The notes under the pieces are model-generated. The model was not told the origin of the DNA and searched no databases. It saw only the letters and a program-made list of their open reading frames with translations. The position numbers and the translations under genes were made by a program. Below are positions 49,470 through 58,280 of a stretch of 64,000 nucleotides of DNA, one piece after another (the first letter of the stretch is position 1; the number at the start of each line of letters is the position of its first letter). Source of the DNA: Candidatus Bathyarchaeia archaeon (lineage in GTDB: Archaea > Thermoproteota > Bathyarchaeia > Bathyarchaeales > Bathycorpusculaceae); the NCBI GenBank assembly GCA_038883655.1, contig JAVZLQ010000001.1, forward strand, positions 160,001 through 224,000, given 5' to 3'.

Positions 49470-49536
49470 TTTGGGCGGTCGGGAAGCTCTGATTTGAACT
49501 CGCGATCGCATTCGCTTCATTGTTTAGTGCTTGTTT
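49470..49536 (-). pseudogene. Remnant of int(N) from an older related element
   Basis: Translates KQALNNEANAIASSNQSFPTAQS, collinear with int(N) QNALNNTNGGKAGSNQSFPTAHG; upstream in-frame stop at 49537-49539. Confidence 0.7.
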
Positions 49537-49815
49537 TTAAGCCAATACTGATCTATCCCCCTAGGATTCTTTAGAAAATGGTGTATAGCCACAGCCTTAT
49601 TTTCCCTACCCCTCCCTCTAGGCATAAGACATCCAAAAAGTGTAGATCGTTAATTAGCCTTAGATCTGCACGTATAGTTAAAGATTCACGAGCAAATTGA
49701 AGGGCAGAAGTAAAAATGATAATTTTGAATTAGATGTCTATAAGGCGCATTTAGCCATAAATGTTTTCGAAAATCTTAAATGAAAATGATTTGATAACGT
49801 CTAAATGGTGTTATA

Positions 49816-50379
49816 ATGTCTAGAAAGGAATTTATTTATAAACTACCTCGTACATTCGAAGTTCTTGACGAAGAGGAACTTTCTCGAGATATACCCAAAC
49901 TGGATTTAGAGGAAGTTTATTTTGATGAAGTCAAAGAAGGGGATTTATCGATCATGAAAGTTCCTGTCACCTCCAAGATTGTTAAGTTATTTGCTATGAT
50001 TAGTGGAGATTATAATCCTCTTCATGTGGATGAGGAATTTGCAAGGACGCTTCCTCCAAAACTTTTTGGTGGAAAAAATATAGCGCATGGGATTCTTTTA
50101 AACTCTTTTTTAAGCGCGTTGATTACGCTTTCCTTTGGGAAAGGAGTAACGTTACTAGAATGGAAAGATCAGAAATTCAAAAGGCCTGTGAAGGTTGGAG
50201 ACACAATAACGGCAAAGCTTGAAGTTGTAAGGAAGTATACAGAAGTTGTAAAGGAAAAAGAGAGACTATTCCTCGAATTAAAAGGATCAATTTTGACCTC
50301 TTCGGAAGAGGGGGAGATAGAGGCAACAAGTTGCTTAATTCTTGTCACATTATTTAAGAAGTCAAGAAAATTAATGTAA
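49816..50379 (+). CDS. MaoC/PhaJ-like (R)-enoyl-CoA hydratase
   Basis: FAMISGDYNPLHVD, IAHG and FKRPVKVGDTI motifs. Confidence 0.88.
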   Translation: MSRKEFIYKLPRTFEVLDEEELSRDIPKLDLEEVYFDEVKEGDLSIMKVPVTSKIVKLFAMISGDYNPLHVDEEFARTLPPKLFGGKNIAHGILLNSFLSALITLSFGKGVTLLEWKDQKFKRPVKVGDTITAKLEVVRKYTEVVKEKERLFLELKGSILTSSEEGEIEATSCLILVTLFKKSRKLM

Positions 50380-50396
50380 CATGTCATAGCGGTTTA

Positions 50397-51188
50397 TCAT
50401 TGTTGCTCCTTGATAAATTGTAATGCTATGTTGTTGAATTCTTCTGGACGTTCCCAGATTACCGCGTGCCCTGAATTCTTTATTGCGACAAAACGCGATC
50501 CTTGTATTTTGTTATGAATTATTTTAGAGTACTTTGGAGGCTTTATTTTATCATTTTCTGCAGCAATAATTAATGTCGGCTTTTTGATTTTGTAAAGTTC
50601 AGGTGTTATATTTAACTGCATAAAACCCTTTAGCAATTCAATAAAAGCATCAATGTCAACTGCGGTGTCATAAATTGGGGCTGTGCCACTCACGAAATCC
50701 CACCTTTTTTCTATGAACTCGTCAGAGAAAATATCCGGATAAACCGCTTGGAAAAGATACTTTCCACTTCTGAGTCTAGCCGCAATTAGCCATCTCTCAA
50801 CTATGGCTTTGACCACTGGATCTACGTGGCTTACTGCACAAGACACAATTAAAGATTTCACCATCTCCGGATATCTCGTTGCAAAGATTAAGGCAACCTC
50901 TCCGCCGAAAGATATTCCAACAATGTGGGCGCTTTGTATCTTTAGTTTCTGCATTAGTGCCCTAAGATCTTCTACATGAAGCTCCATAGGATATTTCATT
51001 AATGGCTTTTCCGATTTCCCTTGCCCCCTAAAATCTAACAAGAGCGTTTGAAATTGTTTTGCAAAATAGGGCACTTGATTCATCCAGCTTGAAGTGTTTG
51101 CAAGTATTCCGTTAAGAAAAACTATTGTTTCGCCGGCACCATGCAGCTCATAATACATTTGAATATCGTTTATTTTAGCGTAGGGCAT
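50397..51188 (-). CDS. Alpha/beta hydrolase
   Basis: DFRGQGKS, GISFGG, ENDKI and SGH motifs; start set at MPYAK. Confidence 0.88.
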   Translation of the reverse strand: MPYAKINDIQMYYELHGAGETIVFLNGILANTSSWMNQVPYFAKQFQTLLLDFRGQGKSEKPLMKYPMELHVEDLRALMQKLKIQSAHIVGISFGGEVALIFATRYPEMVKSLIVSCAVSHVDPVVKAIVERWLIAARLRSGKYLFQAVYPDIFSDEFIEKRWDFVSGTAPIYDTAVDIDAFIELLKGFMQLNITPELYKIKKPTLIIAAENDKIKPPKYSKIIHNKIQGSRFVAIKNSGHAVIWERPEEFNNIALQFIKEQQ

Positions 51189-51216
51189 ACGGGCTACCTC
51201 CCCATTTCCATTTATG

Positions 51217-52755
51217 TTAACCATATTTTTCGATAAGCTTTTCCCGCAAAATTTTGCCAGCTGGAGTTTTTGGTATAGAATCCACATATTCTATAACTTT
51301 TGGAATTTTGTATTTTGCCATTTTGTCTTCACAATATTTGATAACTTCTTCTTTGCTCAGTTTTTCTCCAGCTTTCAACGCAATTAACGCTTTAGGAACT
51401 TCTCCCCATTTTTCATCCGGAATTCCGAAAACAACTGCTTCCTGTATTTTCGGATGGGAACTAAGTATTCTCTCGATTTCTTCCGGATAAATGCTCTCGC
51501 TTCCGCTCCTTATCACGTTTTTCTTTCTACCTACTATGTAAAAGAAACCTTCCTTGTCATATTCGACTATGTCGCCAGTATGAAGCCACCCATCTTCTAA
51601 CGCTCTTGATGTCTCTTCAGGGTTGTTCCAATAACCCCCAAAAAGCGATGGTGCTCTTATGAGAAGTTCGCCAGGAGTATTAGGAGCCACTTCTTCTCCT
51701 TTATCGTTTACTACTTTAACGTCGATCAGAAGGTTGGGTTTTCCTATGGAACCCATTTTATTTATTGCGTCTTTGGGGTCTAGTGCAAAAACCCCTGGTC
51801 CTGCTTCTGTAAGGCCGTATCCTTGCTTTACTAAGACACCCTTTTTCAAGAAGGCATCAACAATGTCCTTAGTCAGAGCAGCTCCTCCCGTCGTAAACCA
51901 ACGGACAGAGGTAAGGTCGGCTGTCTTAAACTTTGGCGATTCTATAAGCATCTTAAGTTGGGTGGGTACAAGAAACTGGAAAGTGACTCTCTCCTTTTCA
52001 ATCAGTTCTAGAAGCTTTTCTGGGTTCCATCTATACATGAGTATATTTGTGCCTTGCCAAAAAAGTAATGGCAATGTGTATGTGTATCCACCAATGTGAA
52101 ATAGTGGAACGCATGTGACAGTAACTTCGCCGGGCACTATTAAGTCCCTAATAGTTATCATAGCATTCCAAAATATCATTCTGTATGGTATAATTGCGCC
52201 TTTCGGTGTTCCAGTTGTTCCTCCAGTCTGCAAAATCATGAATGGGTCTTCTAAATTAACTGGTGTCGGTTTGTCTAATCTTTCCTCATAATCTACTAAA
52301 TTCTCAAAATCTATCGAATCTATTATGTGGCTCTTTCCTAAATGCACGAGCCAACTGCCTTTTATCTTTTTTAAATCTTCAACTTTTTCGGTAAATTCTT
52401 CTTCGTATATGAGAACTTTAGGCTTGATTAGTGTTATTTGCTCCTCTATCTCTCTAGATGTATATCTAGTGTTGACTGGTATGAAGATACCGCCTATTTT
52501 TGTTGTTGCAAATAGTGCATCCAGCATTTCTATGCGATTCCATGAGATCATCGCAACTCTATCGCCTTTTTTAAGTTTTAATTCGTTCTTAAAGAAAGCA
52601 GCAATTCCATCTACTCTTTCACTGAAAACCTTGTAAGTGAATCGTCTTTCACTTTTTTCATCTATCAAAGCAACGTGATTTGGGTTTATTTTTGCATGCT
52701 GAGCTATCCAGTTATTAACCCAGTAGCCTTGTGTTGCAACGTTTTCTACGTTCAT
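51217..52755 (-). CDS. Acyl-CoA synthetase (AMP-forming)
   Basis: TGGTTGTPKG, GYGLTE, LHTGD and PKTPAGK motifs. Confidence 0.92.
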   Translation of the reverse strand: MNVENVATQGYWVNNWIAQHAKINPNHVALIDEKSERRFTYKVFSERVDGIAAFFKNELKLKKGDRVAMISWNRIEMLDALFATTKIGGIFIPVNTRYTSREIEEQITLIKPKVLIYEEEFTEKVEDLKKIKGSWLVHLGKSHIIDSIDFENLVDYEERLDKPTPVNLEDPFMILQTGGTTGTPKGAIIPYRMIFWNAMITIRDLIVPGEVTVTCVPLFHIGGYTYTLPLLFWQGTNILMYRWNPEKLLELIEKERVTFQFLVPTQLKMLIESPKFKTADLTSVRWFTTGGAALTKDIVDAFLKKGVLVKQGYGLTEAGPGVFALDPKDAINKMGSIGKPNLLIDVKVVNDKGEEVAPNTPGELLIRAPSLFGGYWNNPEETSRALEDGWLHTGDIVEYDKEGFFYIVGRKKNVIRSGSESIYPEEIERILSSHPKIQEAVVFGIPDEKWGEVPKALIALKAGEKLSKEEVIKYCEDKMAKYKIPKVIEYVDSIPKTPAGKILREKLIEKYG

Positions 52756-52769
52756 ATCTCTTCCTTTAA

Positions 52770-53765
52770 TTATATCCATCTAAATAATGCGGCAGACATC
52801 ACGTATCCTACGCCAGAAGTGCAGAAGCACACAAGGTCATCTTTCTTAATTTTCCCTTGTTCCAGAGCGTCATGCAACGCGAATATCACGCATGCCGACC
52901 CGTTATATCCATATTTGTCCATTATCCAGTGAGTCTTTGTTAAGGGTAGGCCAAGTTCCTTCATAACATCCTTTATTGTATTTACGTTTACCTGCGTCAT
53001 CAATATCATATTTAAGTCTTCTACCTTATATCCCGCTTTCTTCACGGTGTCTCTAATAAGCTGAGGCCAATGCGCAAAGTTTATATCCGCTGGGTAGCGA
53101 TGACCACTTTCATGAAATCGTAAATAATGTTTTTTCTCTTCCACCATTTTGATGGTTATTGGGTTAGCTGTGCCCACGTAAATGCCGTAACAGTCCCAGT
53201 AACTTCCGTCAGCAATAATTTTTGAAGTTATATATCCAGGCTTATCCGAGGCGGTCAATATTACTGCTCCAGCACCATCGCTAAAAATCGGGGCTAGCCA
53301 CTTTTCGTTCCAGTCAAGCCACTTAGTCATTCCATAGGATCCTGTTACAAGTACATAATTTATGCTTGGGTCATTCATAATGTAGTTTGATGCTATAGAA
53401 AGAGCGATGGGCACGTCTGTACAAGCGGCATTAATATCGAAGCAACCTGCATTTTTGGCTCCAAGCTTGTGTTGAATAACGGCTGATGTTGGTGGACTTA
53501 CAAAGTCGGGAGTATCAGTAGCTAAGATAAGGAGATCTAAATCTTCTGGCTTTAAATTTGCATTTTTAAGTGCGTGTCGAGCTGCTTCTACAGCCATATC
53601 AGAAGTAGCCTCGTTAGGTTCTGAAATGTGTCTTAAAGTGATTCCTGTTCTTGGGCGAAGCCATCCATCAACATCAAATCCTATTCGTTTTCCTAATTCT
53701 TCGTTTGTTTCAACTTTTTTCGGTAGGTAAATTCCTGTGCTCAAAATTTTTGCGTATCTATTCAT
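52770..53765 (-). CDS. KAS III (FabH)-fold enzyme with atypical active site
   Basis: ATDTPD, FDINAAC and FSDGAGA motifs; TQVN and GYNGSA replace HQAN and GNTS. Confidence 0.85.
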   Translation of the reverse strand: MNRYAKILSTGIYLPKKVETNEELGKRIGFDVDGWLRPRTGITLRHISEPNEATSDMAVEAARHALKNANLKPEDLDLLILATDTPDFVSPPTSAVIQHKLGAKNAGCFDINAACTDVPIALSIASNYIMNDPSINYVLVTGSYGMTKWLDWNEKWLAPIFSDGAGAVILTASDKPGYITSKIIADGSYWDCYGIYVGTANPITIKMVEEKKHYLRFHESGHRYPADINFAHWPQLIRDTVKKAGYKVEDLNMILMTQVNVNTIKDVMKELGLPLTKTHWIMDKYGYNGSACVIFALHDALEQGKIKKDDLVCFCTSGVGYVMSAALFRWI

Positions 53766-53777
53766 ATCTCCAATCTC

Positions 53778-54542
53778 CTAAATTTTTATTTTATGTAGAA
53801 ATTCTTCCAATAAGCTATTGAATTTTTCTGGGGCTTCTCTATTCGGCAAGTGCCCAACGCCTGGTATTATTTGCAAGATTGATCCCTGTATGGATTTGCT
53901 TATTGTTTCGGCGGAGCTTACTGGAGTGACTATGTCAAGATCTCCTACTATTATAAGTGTTGGAACTTTGATTTTCGGCAAGAGTTCGGAGTAGTCAAGC
54001 ATGGACGTTGCCTCTGCTGATTGAATGTAGACGTCTTTTCTGGTTCCTGCAATCATCTTTGCTACTTCTTCTTTGAGTTGTTCTGGTGCATTCGCAGCGA
54101 GGGCGAATGTGGCTACTTCAGCGCCAATTATTTCCATGCTCATGCCTTCTAAGACTGCAGTTTGTGCTGGTGGAAATTTGTGTCTAGCAGCCACTAAGAT
54201 CATGCTTAAAAAGTAGTCTGGATATTTTTTGTACATTTCAAAAAGAACTAATGCGCCCATTGAAAGACCGCAAAAATGCGCCTTTTTTATCCCTAAATGG
54301 TCAAGTAGACTTTTGACATCCTCTGCAAAATCTTCAATTTCGATTTTCTTTTTTGGGGTACTTGACTTTCCATGCCCTCGCAAGTCCAAAGCAACAACCC
54401 TGAATTTTTCAGAAAAAAAGTTAACTTGGTGTCTCCAACTCTCAAGAGATTCTCCTAACCCGTGAATAAAAACAATGTTTTCAGATCCTGTTCCCTCGAA
54501 CACGTAGTTTATCTTTACGCCGTTTATTTCAACTTGAGGCAA
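53778..54542 (-). CDS. Alpha/beta hydrolase (enol-lactonase-like)
   Basis: FIHGLG, DLRGHG, GLSMGA, GDLD and GH motifs. Confidence 0.88.
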   Translation of the reverse strand: MPQVEINGVKINYVFEGTGSENIVFIHGLGESLESWRHQVNFFSEKFRVVALDLRGHGKSSTPKKKIEIEDFAEDVKSLLDHLGIKKAHFCGLSMGALVLFEMYKKYPDYFLSMILVAARHKFPPAQTAVLEGMSMEIIGAEVATFALAANAPEQLKEEVAKMIAGTRKDVYIQSAEATSMLDYSELLPKIKVPTLIIVGDLDIVTPVSSAETISKSIQGSILQIIPGVGHLPNREAPEKFNSLLEEFLHKIKI

Positions 54543-54635
54543 GCAAAGTTCTCCCCGACATATAATTCTAGATTAGTATTTTTGGCATTTGTAATTATTT
54601 AAATCTAATTGCATAGTTTGTCGGTTATTAACGTT

Positions 54636-55358
54636 CTAAATACTTACTCCCAAATGCTTTCTTATCAATTCTTTATCTTCCGCCACATCTTCCATATTAC
54701 CATGGTGAACTATTTTGCCCATTTCCAGAATGTAACATTCATCTCCAACTTCTCTTGCCAATTTGAAGCTCTGCTCCACTAAAATCATTGTGACTTGCTC
54801 TTTAAGTTTAACCAATGTTTCTGAAAACTTCTTTACAAGGATAGGGCTTAACCCCTCTGTTGGCTCATCAATTAAAAGGAGCTCGTTTTTATTAATTATT
54901 GCACGGGCAATCAGCAGCATTTTTTGTTGTCCACCGCTTAAATTATGAGCTTTATCTTTCAACATATTTTTTAGATTTGGAAATATGTCGAAAATGAATT
55001 GTAACCTTTCTTTATAGGAATCTTCTGGGCCTTTGAATGCTATTTGAAGGTTTTCTTCAACTGTTAGCTTACCAAAAATTTTTCTTTGAGAGGGAACATA
55101 AGCGATTCCCTTCCTTGCGATTTCGTACGTGGGTAATTTTGTTATTTCTTCTCCCTTGAAGATTACCTTTCCTGACTTGGTGGGAATAATATTCATTATG
55201 CTTTTAAGCAGAGTTGTTTTACCTGCACCATTTCTTCCAAGTATTACAGTTAACTTGCCTTTTTCAGCAGCGAATGATACTCCTTGAAGTATGTGAAATG
55301 GACCAATATAGGTGTGCATGTCTTCGACGTGCAGCAACCCCACTTTAGTCTCCTCCAA
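54636..55358 (-). CDS. livF: LIV-type ABC transporter ATPase
   Basis: GRNGAGKTT, LSGGQQ and DEPTEGL motifs. Confidence 0.9.
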   Translation of the reverse strand: MEETKVGLLHVEDMHTYIGPFHILQGVSFAAEKGKLTVILGRNGAGKTTLLKSIMNIIPTKSGKVIFKGEEITKLPTYEIARKGIAYVPSQRKIFGKLTVEENLQIAFKGPEDSYKERLQFIFDIFPNLKNMLKDKAHNLSGGQQKMLLIARAIINKNELLLIDEPTEGLSPILVKKFSETLVKLKEQVTMILVEQSFKLAREVGDECYILEMGKIVHHGNMEDVAEDKELIRKHLGVSI

Positions 55359-56106
55359 GGTAAACTTTTTGAACTAATTCATTTTCGGCAATTTCTTTTG
55401 GAGTACCATCCGCAATAACAGCCCCTTCATGCATAACCATAACCGAGTCACATATGCCCATAATAACATCAATCTTGTGTTCAACGAGAAGAATTGTAAT
55501 TTTTGAATTCTGCTTTATTTTTCGTATTGCATTCACAACGTCTGGCACTTCCTCCATCGATACGCCTGCAGTAGGTTCATCAAGCAACAGAAGTTCTGGA
55601 TCTGTTGCGATTGCCATGGCAATTTCAAGTTTTCTTTGATCGCTATGCGGCAAGAAATTTACTGGATAAAATGCTTTTTGTTTTAAACCAATGCTTTCTA
55701 GAATTTCAAGGGCTCTTCTGTGATATTCTTTAAAGCGATCTATGCTAGAATAGAAATTGTAGTTTTCTCTTCCTATCGATTGTACGGCTAATCTTACATT
55801 TTCTAAGACTGATAATCTTGCAAAGACATTTGTTATTTGAAATGATCTGCTAATTCCTTTTTTAGAAATTTTGTTTGGTGGCAATCCAGTAATATCTTCT
55901 CCTTTAAAGAATATCCTTCCACTAGTGGGTTTCAGGAGTCCACAGATTAAGTTAAATAGCGTCGTTTTTCCAGCTCCGTTGGGGCCTATTAAGCCTTTGC
56001 AAATTCCTTGTTCTATGGTAATGCTGACGTTGTTAACTGCTGCCAATCCGCCGAATTTTTTGGTTAAGTCCCTTGTTTCTAATATAGCGCTGCTTAAATT
56101 CGTCAT
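55345..56106 (-). CDS. livG: LIV-type ABC transporter ATPase
   Basis: FGGLAAV, GPNGAGKTT, RSFQ, DEPTAG and VEH motifs. Confidence 0.9.
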   Translation of the reverse strand: MTNLSSAILETRDLTKKFGGLAAVNNVSITIEQGICKGLIGPNGAGKTTLFNLICGLLKPTSGRIFFKGEDITGLPPNKISKKGISRSFQITNVFARLSVLENVRLAVQSIGRENYNFYSSIDRFKEYHRRALEILESIGLKQKAFYPVNFLPHSDQRKLEIAMAIATDPELLLLDEPTAGVSMEEVPDVVNAIRKIKQNSKITILLVEHKIDVIMGICDSVMVMHEGAVIADGTPKEIAENELVQKVYLGGD

Positions 56107-56107
56107 T

Positions 56108-57358
56108 CTATTTACCTCTTATAGAAGTTTTTATTAATGTCGCTATTTTTTTGATGTTTTTCTTTACAGACACTCTCTTTAGTTTCCACGTAATTACAAT
56201 GCCGTATGGGAAGAATAATATTACAACTATGTAGAATACGCCCAAAACCAGCATCCAATACTCTCCAATACCACGAATGCTTGTCAACTCATTTGCTAAA
56301 AGCGTGATTATCCCTGCGCCAAGCATGGGTCCGACCAATGTGCCTAAACCGCCGAGGATGTTGTAAAGCAGTATATTTATCATGATAGCAGAGCTTAGAA
56401 CACTGTATGGGCTGATGCTTAGGGCAAAGGGAGTGTAAAGTGCTCCAGCCAGGCTTGCAAACATGCTTGAAATGATTGAAGCAATTAACTTGTAAATTGG
56501 CACGTCATAACCCAACATTTTCGTTCTTTCCTCGTTTTCTCTAATAGCCACAAATATTTTACCCATTGGAGAGTCTATGATTCTCTTTGCAATGAGGTAA
56601 CATATTGCAATAGGAAGTAAAGCGATAAGGTAGTATGTGTTCGTGACCATTATCATCGTGTTTTTCTCCCTGATTGATCCCTCTAGAAGGATATTCAGTT
56701 TCGATGGAAAACTGTAGATTAATATCGCAAGAACTGCTGCTATGAAAGCGCAATATGCGATTTTGTTCTTGATAGCTTTATTCTTATTTGCCAAGTCACG
56801 TAATATGGTCAAAAATAGCATAATCACTATTGCGATAGAAATTACAAACATCGCGTAGATAATTAAATCGAATCTTAAAAATTCGGGTCTTGGAACAGAA
56901 AGTCCGGTTTCGCCCCCTGACAGTTCAACCCATTTGTTGAAAATTGCGAAAATCATCTCTGCAAAGGCCAGTGTAACTAATGCATAGTATATTCCGCTAA
57001 CTCTGAAGGTGAAGATGCCTAATGCCAGCCCAACTAGCGCGCCAAATAATATTGCTATCAAAACAGCTAAGAGAAAGGGAAAATTCATCCTTAAAAGTAA
57101 TGCGACCACATAAGCGCCGATGCCGAATGGTGCAGCATGGCCAAAACTTACCAAACTTGTGTAGCCCAAGGCTAAGTCGTAGCTCATAGCGAGTAACGCC
57201 CAAATGAGCATTTCTGTTAGCAGTGATAAGTAATACACGGAAGGCGTTGCTATCGGAAAAGTAAACAATAATGCGAAGCTTGCCAGCAGAAGTTTCTTTT
57301 TTGTCAAAACTTCAAAGCTGCGTTTGATGATTTTGATCATATTATTTTCCCACGCCAA
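56108..57358 (-). CDS. livM: LIV-type ABC transporter permease
   Basis: SFGHAA, GGETG, AIRENE and GGLGTLVGP motifs. Confidence 0.88.
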   Translation of the reverse strand: MAWENNMIKIIKRSFEVLTKKKLLLASFALLFTFPIATPSVYYLSLLTEMLIWALLAMSYDLALGYTSLVSFGHAAPFGIGAYVVALLLRMNFPFLLAVLIAILFGALVGLALGIFTFRVSGIYYALVTLAFAEMIFAIFNKWVELSGGETGLSVPRPEFLRFDLIIYAMFVISIAIVIMLFLTILRDLANKNKAIKNKIAYCAFIAAVLAILIYSFPSKLNILLEGSIREKNTMIMVTNTYYLIALLPIAICYLIAKRIIDSPMGKIFVAIRENEERTKMLGYDVPIYKLIASIISSMFASLAGALYTPFALSISPYSVLSSAIMINILLYNILGGLGTLVGPMLGAGIITLLANELTSIRGIGEYWMLVLGVFYIVVILFFPYGIVITWKLKRVSVKKNIKKIATLIKTSIRGK

Positions 57359-58178
57359 ATAGTCCTTCTGTTCTTATCAGTAGAACAATAGCCATCGCCA
57401 GAAAGTCAATAACAAAAGTTAGTTGAGGGAAGAAATATTCTGAGAGTCCATGAAGCATTCCAATTATGAGGCTCCCATAAAAAGAGCCCTTAAAGCTTCC
57501 TAATCCGCCAACCACCGTTACAACTAGGCTAGTGAACATCCATGTCGACCCCATCTGTGGCGTTGCTCCGAGCCAAGGTACTGCAGAAGCCCCGCCGAAA
57601 GCGGCTAGTAAGGCTCCGAATCCAAATGTTAACGTGAAAACTCTTTTTATGTTGATGCCTAAAGCTTCCACCATCTCCGCATCCTCTGTTCCTGCTTGGA
57701 CGATTATGCCCATTTTGGTTCGAGTTAAAAGTAGATATGTAAAGACAGCAATCATGAAACCGAGGAATGCGAGAAAAGTTCGATATGCTGAACCACTAAG
57801 GTATGGCAGATAGAAAATTTTTGGTGTGCGTCCCCAAATTATTAGCACAAGTTGAGAGAATAAGAGTAAATAGCCCAATGTAAGCATTATTTGAGCTATT
57901 GGATTGCCATGTACACGGCGAAGGGTTAAGCGTTCGACTATTACCCCTATCAAGAAGCCGAAAAAGGCTGCGCAGATTAATGCAACAGCAAAATTGTTAG
58001 TTAATTCGAAAAATGTTACGGCAATGTAGGCTCCTATCATGAAAAAGGCTCCATGGGCAAAGTTTAGGATTCCCATTAAACCAAATATTATGGAGAAGCC
58101 AGATGCTATGAGAAAGAGTAGCATTGAGTAAGCTAATCCATCTAGAATTGCAGCTGCGACCAGATTTGGATCAATCAT
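57342..58178 (-). CDS. livH: LIV-type ABC transporter permease
   Basis: GILNFAHGAF and VVGGLGS motifs. Confidence 0.9.
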   Translation of the reverse strand: MIDPNLVAAAILDGLAYSMLLFLIASGFSIIFGLMGILNFAHGAFFMIGAYIAVTFFELTNNFAVALICAAFFGFLIGVIVERLTLRRVHGNPIAQIMLTLGYLLLFSQLVLIIWGRTPKIFYLPYLSGSAYRTFLAFLGFMIAVFTYLLLTRTKMGIIVQAGTEDAEMVEALGINIKRVFTLTFGFGALLAAFGGASAVPWLGATPQMGSTWMFTSLVVTVVGGLGSFKGSFYGSLIIGMLHGLSEYFFPQLTFVIDFLAMAIVLLIRTEGLFGVGK

Positions 58179-58280
58179 GTGAAAATCTCCAGTTCATGTG
58201 GCTGAGCTAAAATTTTATATTAAAAAAGGTTTATAAAACTTGTTTTAATCATAGTTTGAAGCTTAGGGGAGTAAAAACTA

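Noticed and set aside
49420-49488. Second tRNA gene or trans-spliced tRNA half
   Set aside because: It lacks the 5' half and abuts int(C); it is fully explained as attR.
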